A DNA stretch of 64,000 nucleotides from Azolla caroliniana (Eukaryota; Plantae; Polypodiophyta): the NCBI GenBank assembly GCA_043228905.1, contig JBHGNT010000001.1, positions 10,602,001-10,666,000 on the forward strand, read 5' to 3'. The translations under genes and the position numbers were made by a program. The stretch's first letter is position 1. Each line of letters opens with the position of its first letter. The notes below the pieces were generated by a model. The model ran no database searches and had not been told where the DNA came from. It worked only from the letters and a program-made list of their open reading frames with translations. Positions 51,845 to 62,546 of this stretch are shown here, piece by piece.

Positions 51845-53708
51845 TGACAGGAATATGCGGAATATTGCTCGGCCACAACCGAGTCTTAGGATCAACCACA
51901 GAAAAGATGGGAATAGGGAGAAATACACATATACACGCAAATAGTAGAGCAAGAGAAAGTACACAAGATGTTTACGTGGAAAACCCTAAATAGGGAGAAA
52001 CCACGGGAGCCCACAAGCTCCAACTATCACTATATATAGAGGGAATACAACAGGAGGAGCACACAGGCAACGACCTCGTGCTCTCAATCCTTGCCTGACA
52101 GCAGTTACAACAGAGACTTGCTCTGTATTGATCTCTCTCTCTCTCTCTCTCTCTCTCTGTACAACAGTTACACTCAATAACTCTGTACAACAAAATAATG
52201 ACAACAACAAGAATGACCAACACTAACTCTGTTTGCCCTAGGTCAATTTATACTAATATGACTTTAGGACTATTTACAGGTATAGCCCCAATGGGCTCTC
52301 AGAAACATATTTACCTATATGTCCCTTCATCCGGTGAGAGGTTCTCACCGGGCCTGCGTTATCCGGTTCTCATCGGTTCTTCCTTGCCGGGTACTCATCA
52401 TCCGGTTCTCACCATGTCTTCCGTTGCCGGGTACTTGTATCCCATCCGGAGGGACTGAAATCCTAACAAACCCCCCCTTCACTCCGGCATGGGATGCTTC
52501 GTCAATCCGATCCGCTTCTGGCATGTGTCCAACTTATCGGGTGTCAGCACTTTGGTCAGCATATCCGACCCGTTCTCCTCCATGTGGATCTTTGTTAGCA
52601 CGAACTCTCGATCTTCCATTCGCTCCCGGATCCAGTGGTACCTCCGTTGGTTGTGCTTTGTCCTGGAATGATACACTGCGTTCTTCGCAAGGTGGATCGC
52701 ACTTTGACTGTCGCAATAGAGCTGGTATTCGTCTTGTCGGATCCGTAGCTCTCCGGTGAAGTCCTTCATCCATAATATTTCCTTGCGGGCTTCCACAGCC
52801 GCCATGTACTCCGCCTCCATGGTTGACAACGCAACCGTCTTCTGTAGCCTCGACTGCCACGAAACAGCTCCCCCTGAATATGTCATAACATATCCTGATG
52901 TTGACCGGTTGGTATCCGCATCAACCGACATATCCGAATCGGTGAAACTGTCAAGTTGGGGTTTATCGGAGCCAAATCGGAGACACATAGTTGAGGTGCC
53001 TTTCAAGTATTGGAGTATCCATTTTACCCATTCCAGTGCTCCTTCCCGAGATTGCTCATAAACCGGCTCACCACTCTGACTGCGTATCTGATATCCGGTC
53101 GGGTACACACCATTGTGTACATGGTATCTTCATCATATCCGCCTTCTCTGCCTTCGTCTTCGGGCTTTGCTTACCGGATAACCTGCAGTTTTCCGGGAGT
53201 GTCGATCCGACCGGTTTTGCATCTGACATGTTGAACCGTTGAAGCACCTTTGTCACGTACTTCTCCTGTGACAGCCACAATTGTTTCTTTGATCGGTCCC
53301 GGATGATGTGCATCCCCAATATCTATGTTCCCGGACCCAAGTCTTTCATTGAGAAGGTCCGGTTCAAAACCTTCTTCAGCATCCGTATCTTGACTTGGTC
53401 TCGTCCAACGATCAACATGTCGTCCACGTACAGGAGGAGTATAAGGAAGTCTCCACCTCCGAACTTCTTCACAAATACGCAGTGATCAGCCTGTGTCTTG
53501 TGGTACCCTTGATCGGTCATGAAGGAGTCGAACTTCCGGTACCATTGTCGGGGAGCCTGCTTTAGTCTGTATAGGCTCTTCTTCAACCGACAAACCAGGT
53601 GCTCCTTCCCTTTCTTCACAAATCCTTCCGGTTGCCGTGAAGGTCATCGTGAAGGAACGCCGTCTTCACGTCTAGTTGCTCTACCTCAAGATCCATGCTT
53701 GCCGCTAT
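51845..53708 (-). mobile_element. Copia-3: 3' LTR (51845-52468) plus decayed RT/RNase H, interrupted
   Basis: TG...CA LTR related to the one at 14688-15432; PPT; YVDDML and SWQSRLQ..LYCDSQSAIHL with small deletions. Confidence 0.9.
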
Positions 53709-54562
53709 TATTAGAGACATGTACTAAAGTAAGCATTAGATAAGGATAGATCTAGGTAGATAGAAAGAAAGGAGAGAGAGAAAGAAGGGTGCTGATCCAA
53801 CCGATCACCCCCGAGCGAAGGGATCGAGACGGACTCGAGCCTCGATCGGCGTACCATACCACCGCCGTGGCGTCGAGTCGAACCTGGTGCTAGCGCGCTC
53901 GCTACAAGAGTTAAACCACCACAAGATAGAGTCTCGACATAGTCAACAAGATAATCAAATGAGGGTAGCTAGGCCTCTATTTATAGCGATACCCAAGGCC
54001 CCCAACCATGTTCACACTTGGCCTAATGGGTTGTCTCAATCCCGAGGATTTAAAAGTAATCCTCCCCTTCTTTACACTCTCGTTTAACCCTCACACTTAT
54101 CCACGTGTATAGAATACTACGGTAAATTCTCACCAAGGGATATTATATGGTCATGCCCGTAACATACTCCCCCCTCTTTAAAACATTGCACTCTTGCAAT
54201 GGAAAGTTAGGGAAGTTAGTTCTGAGAGTATTTTCGCGTTCCCATGTGGCATCTTTTATTGATTTATCCATCCATTTTATTTTAAATTCTCGGATTTCTT
54301 TAGTACGTAATTTTTTTGTTTTAACATCGAGAATTCTTTCTGGTACATGTGGTTTAGAAGATAATTCTTCAGAAGTAACCAAAGTTTCAGTTGTAACTGT
54401 ATTGTTGCCAGAACCTAGAAGTTCTTTTAGACGACTCACATGAAAGACTGGATGAATTACGACACCATCGGGAAGAGCGAGACGATAGGCTGATGACCCA
54501 ATGCGTTTGAGGACTATAAAAGGTCCACAAAACCGTAGGGCTAACTTAGCGCACTTACCCAT
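53709..54562 (-). mobile_element. Chromoviral Ty3/Gypsy 3' end: integrase C-terminus, chromodomain, PPT and 3' LTR (about 53709-54164)
   Basis: KLALRFCGPF..AYRLALP..IHPVFHVSRLK (GPF motif); chromodomain PERILD..FKIKW..DATWE; PPT agaggggggagta followed by TGTTAC. Confidence 0.88.
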
Positions 54563-55170
54563 TGTCGTGAAGAAAACCGGCCATAGGCGGAATCAAAGGA
54601 AAAGGCGCATGAACAGGCTCTTACACGGGTGGACGCGAGGATTGATATATTGTACATAATTCGTAATTAAGGCGACTGGTGTAAATACTAGGTAGTGCAC
54701 ATTTATTAGGGGATTTTGTGCGTATCTCTGTCGACAGGAACAGGGAATAAAGCAATTTGGCTAAGGAAAAGGGAGCACCCCTTTTGGGGAACTATTTAAG
54801 GAGGGAGAGGAAAAAGGAAGAGGGGATCGCGCGCTAGGAAGGACGAGATGTTGCTGCTGATCTGAGTGCCGAGCTCTCTCTTCTCCTCCGGTCGTCGGTC
54901 TTTGTGGGTCGGGAGTTCGTTGCCTCTGCTTCGTGGACAGCCCGTGCGCTTCCAACAGAGGCTCTCCCTCCCTTTGTTTTGTTTCTGGGAGTCGAGCGAG
55001 TGCTGTCTATGTGCGTGAGTAGGAACCCCGTGTCGGGTCCATCGCCGCCTTGTCGGTTGTAACCGTCAGAGTTGTATTCTCCTGTTATTGTATTCTCTTG
55101 TCATTGTAATATCTTGTTATTGAAATCAAGTGTTACGTTCTATATCTCTCCTTCTCGCTCCGCGTATCTA

Positions 55171-55214
<44 letters not shown>

Positions 55215-55647
55215 CCTCTCTCTCGCTCCTCGGTTCAAGACCCCCGTGGTCCCGCCCCTTTTACACGCACGCGCGTAACAACGCGACATATTTGGTGAAC
55301 CCGACGTGAACGGGGCGGCAAAGGAGTCGAAAGATGAGGGGATCGGAGCTAGCAGAGGCAATGGCGGTGGCCGTCAACCGGCTGGTGAACGCTCGTGAGG
55401 GGACGGGTACCCTCGACAGAGCCATTGAATCGATCATCGGCTCTATAGGCCGTTTCAGAGGGAAAGACGCCACAAGCTATTTGGAGGCTTACTGGGCCGA
55501 AATGATCATGAGGGATATCCCGGTGGACAGGCGGCTGTCCGAATTCCCTCGGGTGGTGACGCCGGGCATCCACGCGGAGGTGCTCGAGGTGCTGGCCGGA
55601 TGCCAGACTTGGGAGGAGTTCGAGCTGTAGCTCCTCGAGAAGTACGG
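54563..55647 (+). mobile_element. Trp-primed Gypsy copy A: 5' LTR (54563-55288), PBS and start of gag
   Basis: TGTCGTG...GCGACA; PBS TGGTGAACCCGACGTGAA at 55293-55310; gag MRGSELAEAM from 55334; interrupted by copy B. Confidence 0.9.
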
Positions 55648-56455
55648 TGTCGTGAAGAAAACCGTCCAAGGGTGGAATTGGGGCACCAAGGCGTGGGAAC
55701 CGGCTCTTCACGCGCGTGCGCGCCAAGTTATACATAGAGGCGGATTAGGTACCTAGGAGGATCGAAGTGGTTAGATACGGTAGGTAGAAATTTAATGCCG
55801 AACGGCTCCGTCTGGACCTATAAAAGGAGGAGGACGGGGAAGAAGAAGGGATCGCGACTTGGCGAGGACGAAGTGCTGTCGAACTGCGAAGAGGCTCTTC
55901 TTTCCTGGAGAGAAGATCGTCGGACGCTGCAGAGCCTGGGGATTCGTCGTTTCTGCTGCATGGGAAGCCCGAGTGCTTCCGGCAGAGGCTCCCTGTTCTG
56001 CTGCTGCTTTGAGGTCGCGGATTTGGGCGTAGAGGTCGTGATCCGTCGGGAGTTCGCTGTCTCTGCTCCGTGGACAACCCGTGTGCTTCCGGCAAAGACA
56101 CTCCTCTTCTGCGACATTCTGCTCCTGTGGGTGCGTGAGTGGGACCCGTGTTGGGACCCTTGCCGGCGTGCCGGTTGTAAATGACAGTTTGTATTCTCTG
56201 TTTAATTGAAGTCTAGCAGTCTCGTCCTTTCTTGCTCTTGTTGTCTCCCTCGTCTCTTGTGCAGTCGGTCTTTCACACACACACACACACACGAATACAC
56301 ACCCGCCTGCTCTTCTCCTCCATCTTCTTCGTTCTCACTCTCTTTCTCTCCTTGGTTCGAGACCCCCGTGGTCCCGCCTCTGTTCCTACACGTACCCGCG
56401 GAAGACCGCGACATCTTTGGTGAACCCGACGTGAACAGGCGGCAGAGGAGTGATA

Positions 56456-58576
56456 ATGACAGGGTCTGAGCTTGCCGAAGCTATGGCGGTAGCTGTCGAC
56501 CGGCTAGTAAATGCTCGGGAGGGAACGGGTGCTCTCGACAGAGCCATTGAGTCGGTCGTTGGCACTATAGGCCGGTTCGGAGGGAAGGATGCCACGAGCT
56601 ACTTGGAGGCCTACCGGGCCGAAATGATCATGAGGGACATACCGACGGACAGGCGGCTGTCTGGATTTCCTCGGGTGGTGGCACCGAGCATCCACGCGGA
56701 GGTGCTCGAGGTGCTGGCCGGTTGCCAGACATGGGAGGAGTTCGAGCTGCGGCTCCTCGAGAGATACGGGTTAGACGACTCACTTCGGCTATCGAGACTA
56801 GACTTCATGGCATGGGTTGAAAGCCCCGGAAAAGGGAGGAACACGACGGCGCTCCTCCAGGAATTCGAAAAACGGTTCGCGCGGCTGTCGACGCTGGATC
56901 GGACCGTACTGGAGACGAGTCGAGTACTACTGTTTGTCAAGTCGGTGGACGCGCTTGACAGAGAAAAGGTGGGTCTCCTATTGGAGACGGACGAAGGGCT
57001 CACGACAGATTGGGCCGTGGTTAAACGGGTCTGCAGCCGTTTTGACAAACGACATGAGTGGAGCGACGGGGCCCCGAAGGCCCCAGTACGAAGACCTGAG
57101 GTGTCGGTATCGGCGCCGGCAAGGAGGGAAGAGACCCGACCCTGGCTAGAGAAGGGGTCGACCTCGAACGACCAGGTTAAAGGGTCTTCCGGAGGTGCGG
57201 CCCTGGAGGAGTTAATGCAAATGGTGCGGGACCTGCAGATCGCGCAGGCACGAAGGGACAGTAGCGAACCGCCCCGTGACCGGAGGCCACCTGCATTGCA
57301 ACGGTGCATGTGGTGTGACCCGACCGGTCATATTCGGAAAGACTGCGCGGATTTCGCTGGGGCGCTCAGAGCCAACGTAGTGTACCTCTCGAACGGACGG
57401 GTGCACGCAAGAGAAACCCGCAGAGCCTTGGAGCTGAATACGGGGCATGGCGGAATGAAGCGACTGATGGAGGAGGCCGCCGCACGACACGCGGAGGCAG
57501 CGAACTATGCGGCATCGGCGGGAATCCGGGTCGGGGGTGACAAGGCCCGTAAAGAGAAGGATTCCGGATTCTGGCCACTTGTGTTGGAGAACCTTTCCGA
57601 AGCGCGGTTGAAGAAAGAAGAGGCCGACCGCGCGGAGCAAAGGGTCCAGGAGGTTACCGGGTGGGACGATCCGGTCGAAGAGAAAACAGGCTTCGTGGAA
57701 GCCGCATGCCAGAACTACGAGGTTCTGGTAGAGGACAAACAAGCGGGAAGAGCCGGAGGGGTCGGTCCCTCGAAGCGGTACGAGACCCGGTTCGGTCCGA
57801 AACCGAACAATGCCGGCAACCCAAGCATGCCGGATGGGAAGAAGCAGGCCGGGTTCCGGCTGAGCACCGAGATCGAGAGGAAGACGGACCTACGGAAGGT
57901 CCTCGAGGAACGAATCCTTGACAGCAAAGTGGAACTGTCGTTGCGGGAGGTGCTTGGAATCGCCAAGAGGGAGTTCCACGACTCCATTGTCGACTTGGTG
58001 AAGCGGAAGAGGCTCTCGACGGAGCCGGATCTGGAGAGGTCGGTGGAAGTGCGGACGACGCACTTGGAAGATTCAGCCCTGAAGGACGAGGTGGCCGAGA
58101 GCCACTATGCGAGGCCACATTGGGCCAGGGCAACTACGGAAACACCTGTGAGGATCGGCGACGTTCCGGAGCTGGTGGTGGCGCTGGTAGACCATGGGTC
58201 CGAAATCAACATGATGTCCATGGAGTTCTACAGGAAGGGAAAGTGGCCGATCAACACCAAGCACGGGTGGAAGATACGGGCGGCGACGCGTGCTACGGAA
58301 GAGCTGCATGGTGCGTGCCCGAATGTACGGGTAAAGATCGGCGACGTCGAAATCGATCAACACTTCTTCGTGCAAGAGACGTCTTTACACTCGGTGATTC
58401 TCGGTGAACCGTATATCACGGCAGCGCGCATGGAGACGAAGGTGCTGGATAACGGTTCTGCGTACGCGCGTGTGAAGAGCCAGGACGGACGGCACTCCGT
58501 CCAGTTCATGACCGTATGCCCAAACCATGAGCGAAATCGGAAAACCCTCGGCGGCGACGGCCGCGAGGATTTTTAG
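56456..58576 (+). CDS. Gypsy-B ORF1: Gag plus aspartic protease
   Basis: Open frame of about 706 aa; knuckle CMWCDPTGHIRKDC; protease LVDHGSEIN...VILGEPY. Confidence 0.88.
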   Translation: MTGSELAEAMAVAVDRLVNAREGTGALDRAIESVVGTIGRFGGKDATSYLEAYRAEMIMRDIPTDRRLSGFPRVVAPSIHAEVLEVLAGCQTWEEFELRLLERYGLDDSLRLSRLDFMAWVESPGKGRNTTALLQEFEKRFARLSTLDRTVLETSRVLLFVKSVDALDREKVGLLLETDEGLTTDWAVVKRVCSRFDKRHEWSDGAPKAPVRRPEVSVSAPARREETRPWLEKGSTSNDQVKGSSGGAALEELMQMVRDLQIAQARRDSSEPPRDRRPPALQRCMWCDPTGHIRKDCADFAGALRANVVYLSNGRVHARETRRALELNTGHGGMKRLMEEAAARHAEAANYAASAGIRVGGDKARKEKDSGFWPLVLENLSEARLKKEEADRAEQRVQEVTGWDDPVEEKTGFVEAACQNYEVLVEDKQAGRAGGVGPSKRYETRFGPKPNNAGNPSMPDGKKQAGFRLSTEIERKTDLRKVLEERILDSKVELSLREVLGIAKREFHDSIVDLVKRKRLSTEPDLERSVEVRTTHLEDSALKDEVAESHYARPHWARATTETPVRIGDVPELVVALVDHGSEINMMSMEFYRKGKWPINTKHGWKIRAATRATEELHGACPNVRVKIGDVEIDQHFFVQETSLHSVILGEPYITAARMETKVLDNGSAYARVKSQDGRHSVQFMTVCPNHERNRKTLGGDGREDF

Positions 58577-58632
58577 AGAGGACTATCAGGGCGTGGGGCC
58601 GCGATAGTCCGGGAACCCCGGACGAACCCCAC
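58567..58632 (+). promoter_or_regulatory. Putative -1 programmed ribosomal frameshift signal
   Basis: G GAT TTT directly before the ORF1 TAG; 6-nt spacer; stem GGACTATC/GATAGTCC; loop GTGGGG complementary to downstream CCCCAC. Confidence 0.7.
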
Positions 58633-61600
58633 ACTTGTACAATAAGTAGGAGGTTTTGGTTCTCCGAAAACGGAGGCTGTACCATAGCTAGGATTAGAGG
58701 CAAGGAGAGAAAACGGGAGGAGGAGCGACTCAAGGCGTGCGGAGTCCTCGGCCCCGACGAAGAAATCAGTGGCGCCGTGGAGGCGGTCTCCTTCGACGAC
58801 ACCTTGGGAATGCTGGGGAAGGTAGTCGAAGAAGACCTTAACGAAGACCGGACGATACCGGTATGTTCCGAAGAGATGTACGAAGTCATCGCGGACTTTG
58901 GTCGGGGGCTCGAGTCGGATCGGACGGCCCGAGTAAGCACCAAGTACAAGACTGTGGACCGGAAGATAAGGCCAGTCGCGGTACCGTTACCGGAGGGCAG
59001 CGAGTCGCGAATCAAAGGGGTTGCATCGGACCCCAGCTTACGAGATCCGGCCTGCATAGGACACACCTTCACCAACGAGACGCTCCGGGAGCTCAAAATC
59101 GGTGGGGGCGGGTTCCTACTACTGGCGGAGGAAGACCGGTTTCGGAGAATGCTCGGAAGGCACGGGAAAGCCTTCGCATTCTCACCGGAGGAAATCGGGT
59201 GCGTAGACCCGACGATCGTAGAGCCGATGGTGATATTCACGGTACCGCATGTACCGTGGAATCTCAAGCCAATTTCGGTTCCGAGAGCTCACATCCCGAA
59301 GTTGATGGAGCTGTTGAAGCAGAAAGTTGATATGGGCATTCTCGAGCCGTCGAGCGCCCCGTATTCAAACCGATGGTTTACCGTACCAAAGAAAAACGGA
59401 TCATTGCGCTTCATTCAGGACCTACAACCGGTCAATAGGGTGACCATTCGGAACGCAGGGATTGGACCGACCATAGACGAGTTCGCGGAGGCCTTCGCCG
59501 GAAGGTCGATTTACTCGGTCGGTGATCTATACTCAGGGTACGACTAGTTCCAGCTAGCCGTGGAGAGCAGAGACATTATGACGATGCGAACTCCCCTCGG
59601 CCTAGTGCGGATGTGTACGCTGCCGCAAGGAGGGACCAACTCGGTGGCCCACATGGTGAATGCGATGAACAAGGTTCTGAGGGACTGCATCCCGGACATC
59701 ACCATGCCGTTTCTGGACGACATCCCGATCAAGGGATGCCCGGTAGCAGAAAAGGACGAGACGATCAGGCCGGACGGATGCCGGCGATTCGTGGCGACGC
59801 ACATCGACGACTGCGAGAAGGTGCTGCAAAGGCTAGAGGCTGCGAGGCTCACCTTCTCGGGGGAGAAATCAGCCTTCGGGCAGTCGGAAATCATGGTGGT
59901 CGGACATTTATGTGGGCCATATGGCCGGAAACCATCTCCGGCAAAGGTAGAAGCCATCTCCGCGATGAAGCCCGACTGCAGCTCGGTCACGGAAGTACGA
60001 AGATTCCTGGGGGCATGCGCATTCTACCACATATGGATCCCACATTACGCCCACGTTGCGGAGCCGCTATACGGGCTGCTAAAGAAAGGGCAAAAATTCG
60101 AATGGCGAGACGAACATACGGAGTCGGTCCGGAAGCTGAAGGAAGCTCTTGCAGCAGCACCGGCACTCCGGAAGGCTGTTTACGGGAAGGGTACCCCGGT
60201 ATACATAACGGTGGATACGAGTCCGACCGGGATCGGATGGGTCGTCAACCAACAAGACGAGGACGTCAATCGGTTCCCGATCCGATTCGGCGCGAAAGTC
60301 CTCAGTGAGCGGCAGCGAGGATACGCCCAGGTTAAACGCGAACTCTGGGGTATCGTTTTGGCGGTAAAGGCCGACAAAGACTATCTGATCGGGACAGAAG
60401 TGATTATCGAGACGGATTGCCTGCCAATTCTCGGCATGGTTTCCGGATGCGCGACGCCGGACCTGGCGATGCTCAGGTGGATAGCGTACATCAAGTCCCT
60501 GGACCCGGAAATACGACACATTTCCGGGAAAGACAACGCCATGGCCGACATGCTTTCGAGGGCGAGGTTCGATGACGAGGGCGGCATGGTTTCGGAGGAC
60601 GAAGAGGTCGGCGTGGACTTCTTCGAGGCAGCATACGTAACAACCGACGGGACGAGCACTCCGGCGCTTAACGACTTCGACGCGAGCAAGTACGACGGGG
60701 AGTGGCTGCAGATCGGCGGGTTCTTGAGGACAATGGCGCCGGATGCGTCATGGACGAAAGACGAGGCCAACCGGATCCGGAAGAAAGCATACCGGTTCTT
60801 TCTCCGGGATGGCTATCTATGGAAGCACCCGAAGAAGAGGGACGGCGCTCCGCTCCGGGTGGTGGCGATGAAGGAAGAACAGGAGGAGCTGCTAACGGCC
60901 TACCACGACAGCCCTTAGGCCGGACACCGTGGAACTTGGGCCACGTTCGAGAAGATAAAGGAGAAGTACTGGTGGCCGGGACTGAACCGGGACGTGCATC
61001 GATTCGTGACAACTTGCGAGAGCTGTCAGATGCACTCCGTGGTCCGACACCGGGACGAGCTTCACCCTACGTACCCTCCGACCATCCACTTCAAATGGAT
61101 GGTAGATCTGGTGATGATGCCAATGGGGGTAGGACAGATGCGGTACCTGGTCCTAGCGCGGGAGGATCTGACGAACTAGGTGGAAGGCCGGGCCCTTCCG
61201 AACAAAACGACCGCGGCCGTATGTCGGTTCCTAATCGAGGACGTGATATGTTGGTACGGGTGCGTCGGGAAGATCGTGGCTGACCGAGGGGAGTTGGACG
61301 CCGAAGAAGCGGTGGAGCTGTTCGACCGGCTGGGAGTCAAGCTCTCGCTCACCACTGCGTACAATCCGGAGGCGAATGGAAAGGTGGAGCGCGGACACGG
61401 GCCGATCGTCAAGGCGTTGGTTCGGGCATGCGGAGGCCAAGTCGGTAACTGGCCGCGGCTGCTACCTTATGCTTTGTGGGCAGACCGGACTACGCACAGT
61501 TCGGTAACCGGGTACATGCCGACGGAGCTTATGTTCGGCCAGAAGCCGATCATGCCGATGGAACGGACGATCTCCTCGTGGGCAACGGTCGACTGGAGGG

Positions 61601-62040
61601 ACGAGATGAGCCGGGAGGAGTTGTTGGCCGCGCGTATACGACAACTCGAGCGGAGACCGGAGGACGTGAAGCTGGCTGCGGAGAAGCTCCGGGTGGCGAG
61701 GACAAAGAACAAAGCCAGGTTCGACCGAACGCACCGGCTCCGACCGAAGAAGATCGAGGAAGGTGACTGGGTGCTCGTCTACGACAGCAGCCTCGACAAC
61801 CAGCACCGGGCTACACGGAAGTTCGCGCGGAGATGGTTTGGGCCGTACGCAGTACAAAGCGCCAACGACAACGGAACGTATCACCTGGCGGAACTCGACG
61901 GCACGAGAATGGAGATACCCGTGGCTGGGAAGAGGATCAAAGCCTTCAAGAAGCGACACGACGACGAGCCAGACCCGGTTCTCCTAGACAGCAGCGACGA
62001 CCGATCCGAGACCGAGGAAGGACCGATGGGCGAAGAGTGA
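58567..62040 (+). pseudogene. Gypsy-B ORF2: RT-RNase H-integrase in the -1 frame, with three in-frame TAG stops
   Basis: LPQGGTNS, FLDDIPIKG, VDTSPTGIG, ETDC, HHCC region, YNPEANGKVER, WFGPY; stops at 59545, 60916 and 61177; no chromodomain. Confidence 0.92.
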
Positions 62041-62546
62041 AGGCGGGCCGGTTTTCTCCGTCCCAACTTAATTGGCGCATGCCGATGGATGCGCGGTTAG
62101 GTGGGGGCGGATGTCGTGAAGAAAACCGTCCAAGGGTGGAATTGGGGCACCAAGGCGTGGGAACCGGCTCTTCACGCGCGTGCGCGCCAAGTTGTACATA
62201 GAGGCGGATTAGGTACCTAGGAGGATCGAAGTGGTTAGATACGGTAGGTAGAAATTTAATGCCGAACGGCTCCGTCTGGACCTATAAAAGGAGGAGGACG
62301 GGGAAGAAGAAGGGATCGCGACTTGGCGAGGAGGAAGTGCTGTCGAATTGCGAAGAGGCTCTTCTTTCCTGGAGAGAAGATCGTCGGACGCTGCAGAGCC
62401 TGGGGATTTGTCGTTTCTGCTGCGTGGGAAGCCCGAGTGCTTCCGGCAGAGGCTCCCTGTTCTGCTGCTGCTTCGAGGTCGCGGATTTGGGCGCAGAGGT
62501 CGTGATCCGTCGGGAGTTCGCTGTCTCTGCTCCGTGGACAACCCGT

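Larger units (their letters stand above)
55648..62546 (+). mobile_element. Trp-primed non-chromoviral Gypsy copy B, near complete; 3' LTR interrupted by copy C
   Basis: 5' LTR 55648-56413; PBS 56418-56435; PPT about 62096-62111; 3' LTR from 62112, matching the 5' LTR with about 7 substitutions over 435 bp. Confidence 0.95.
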
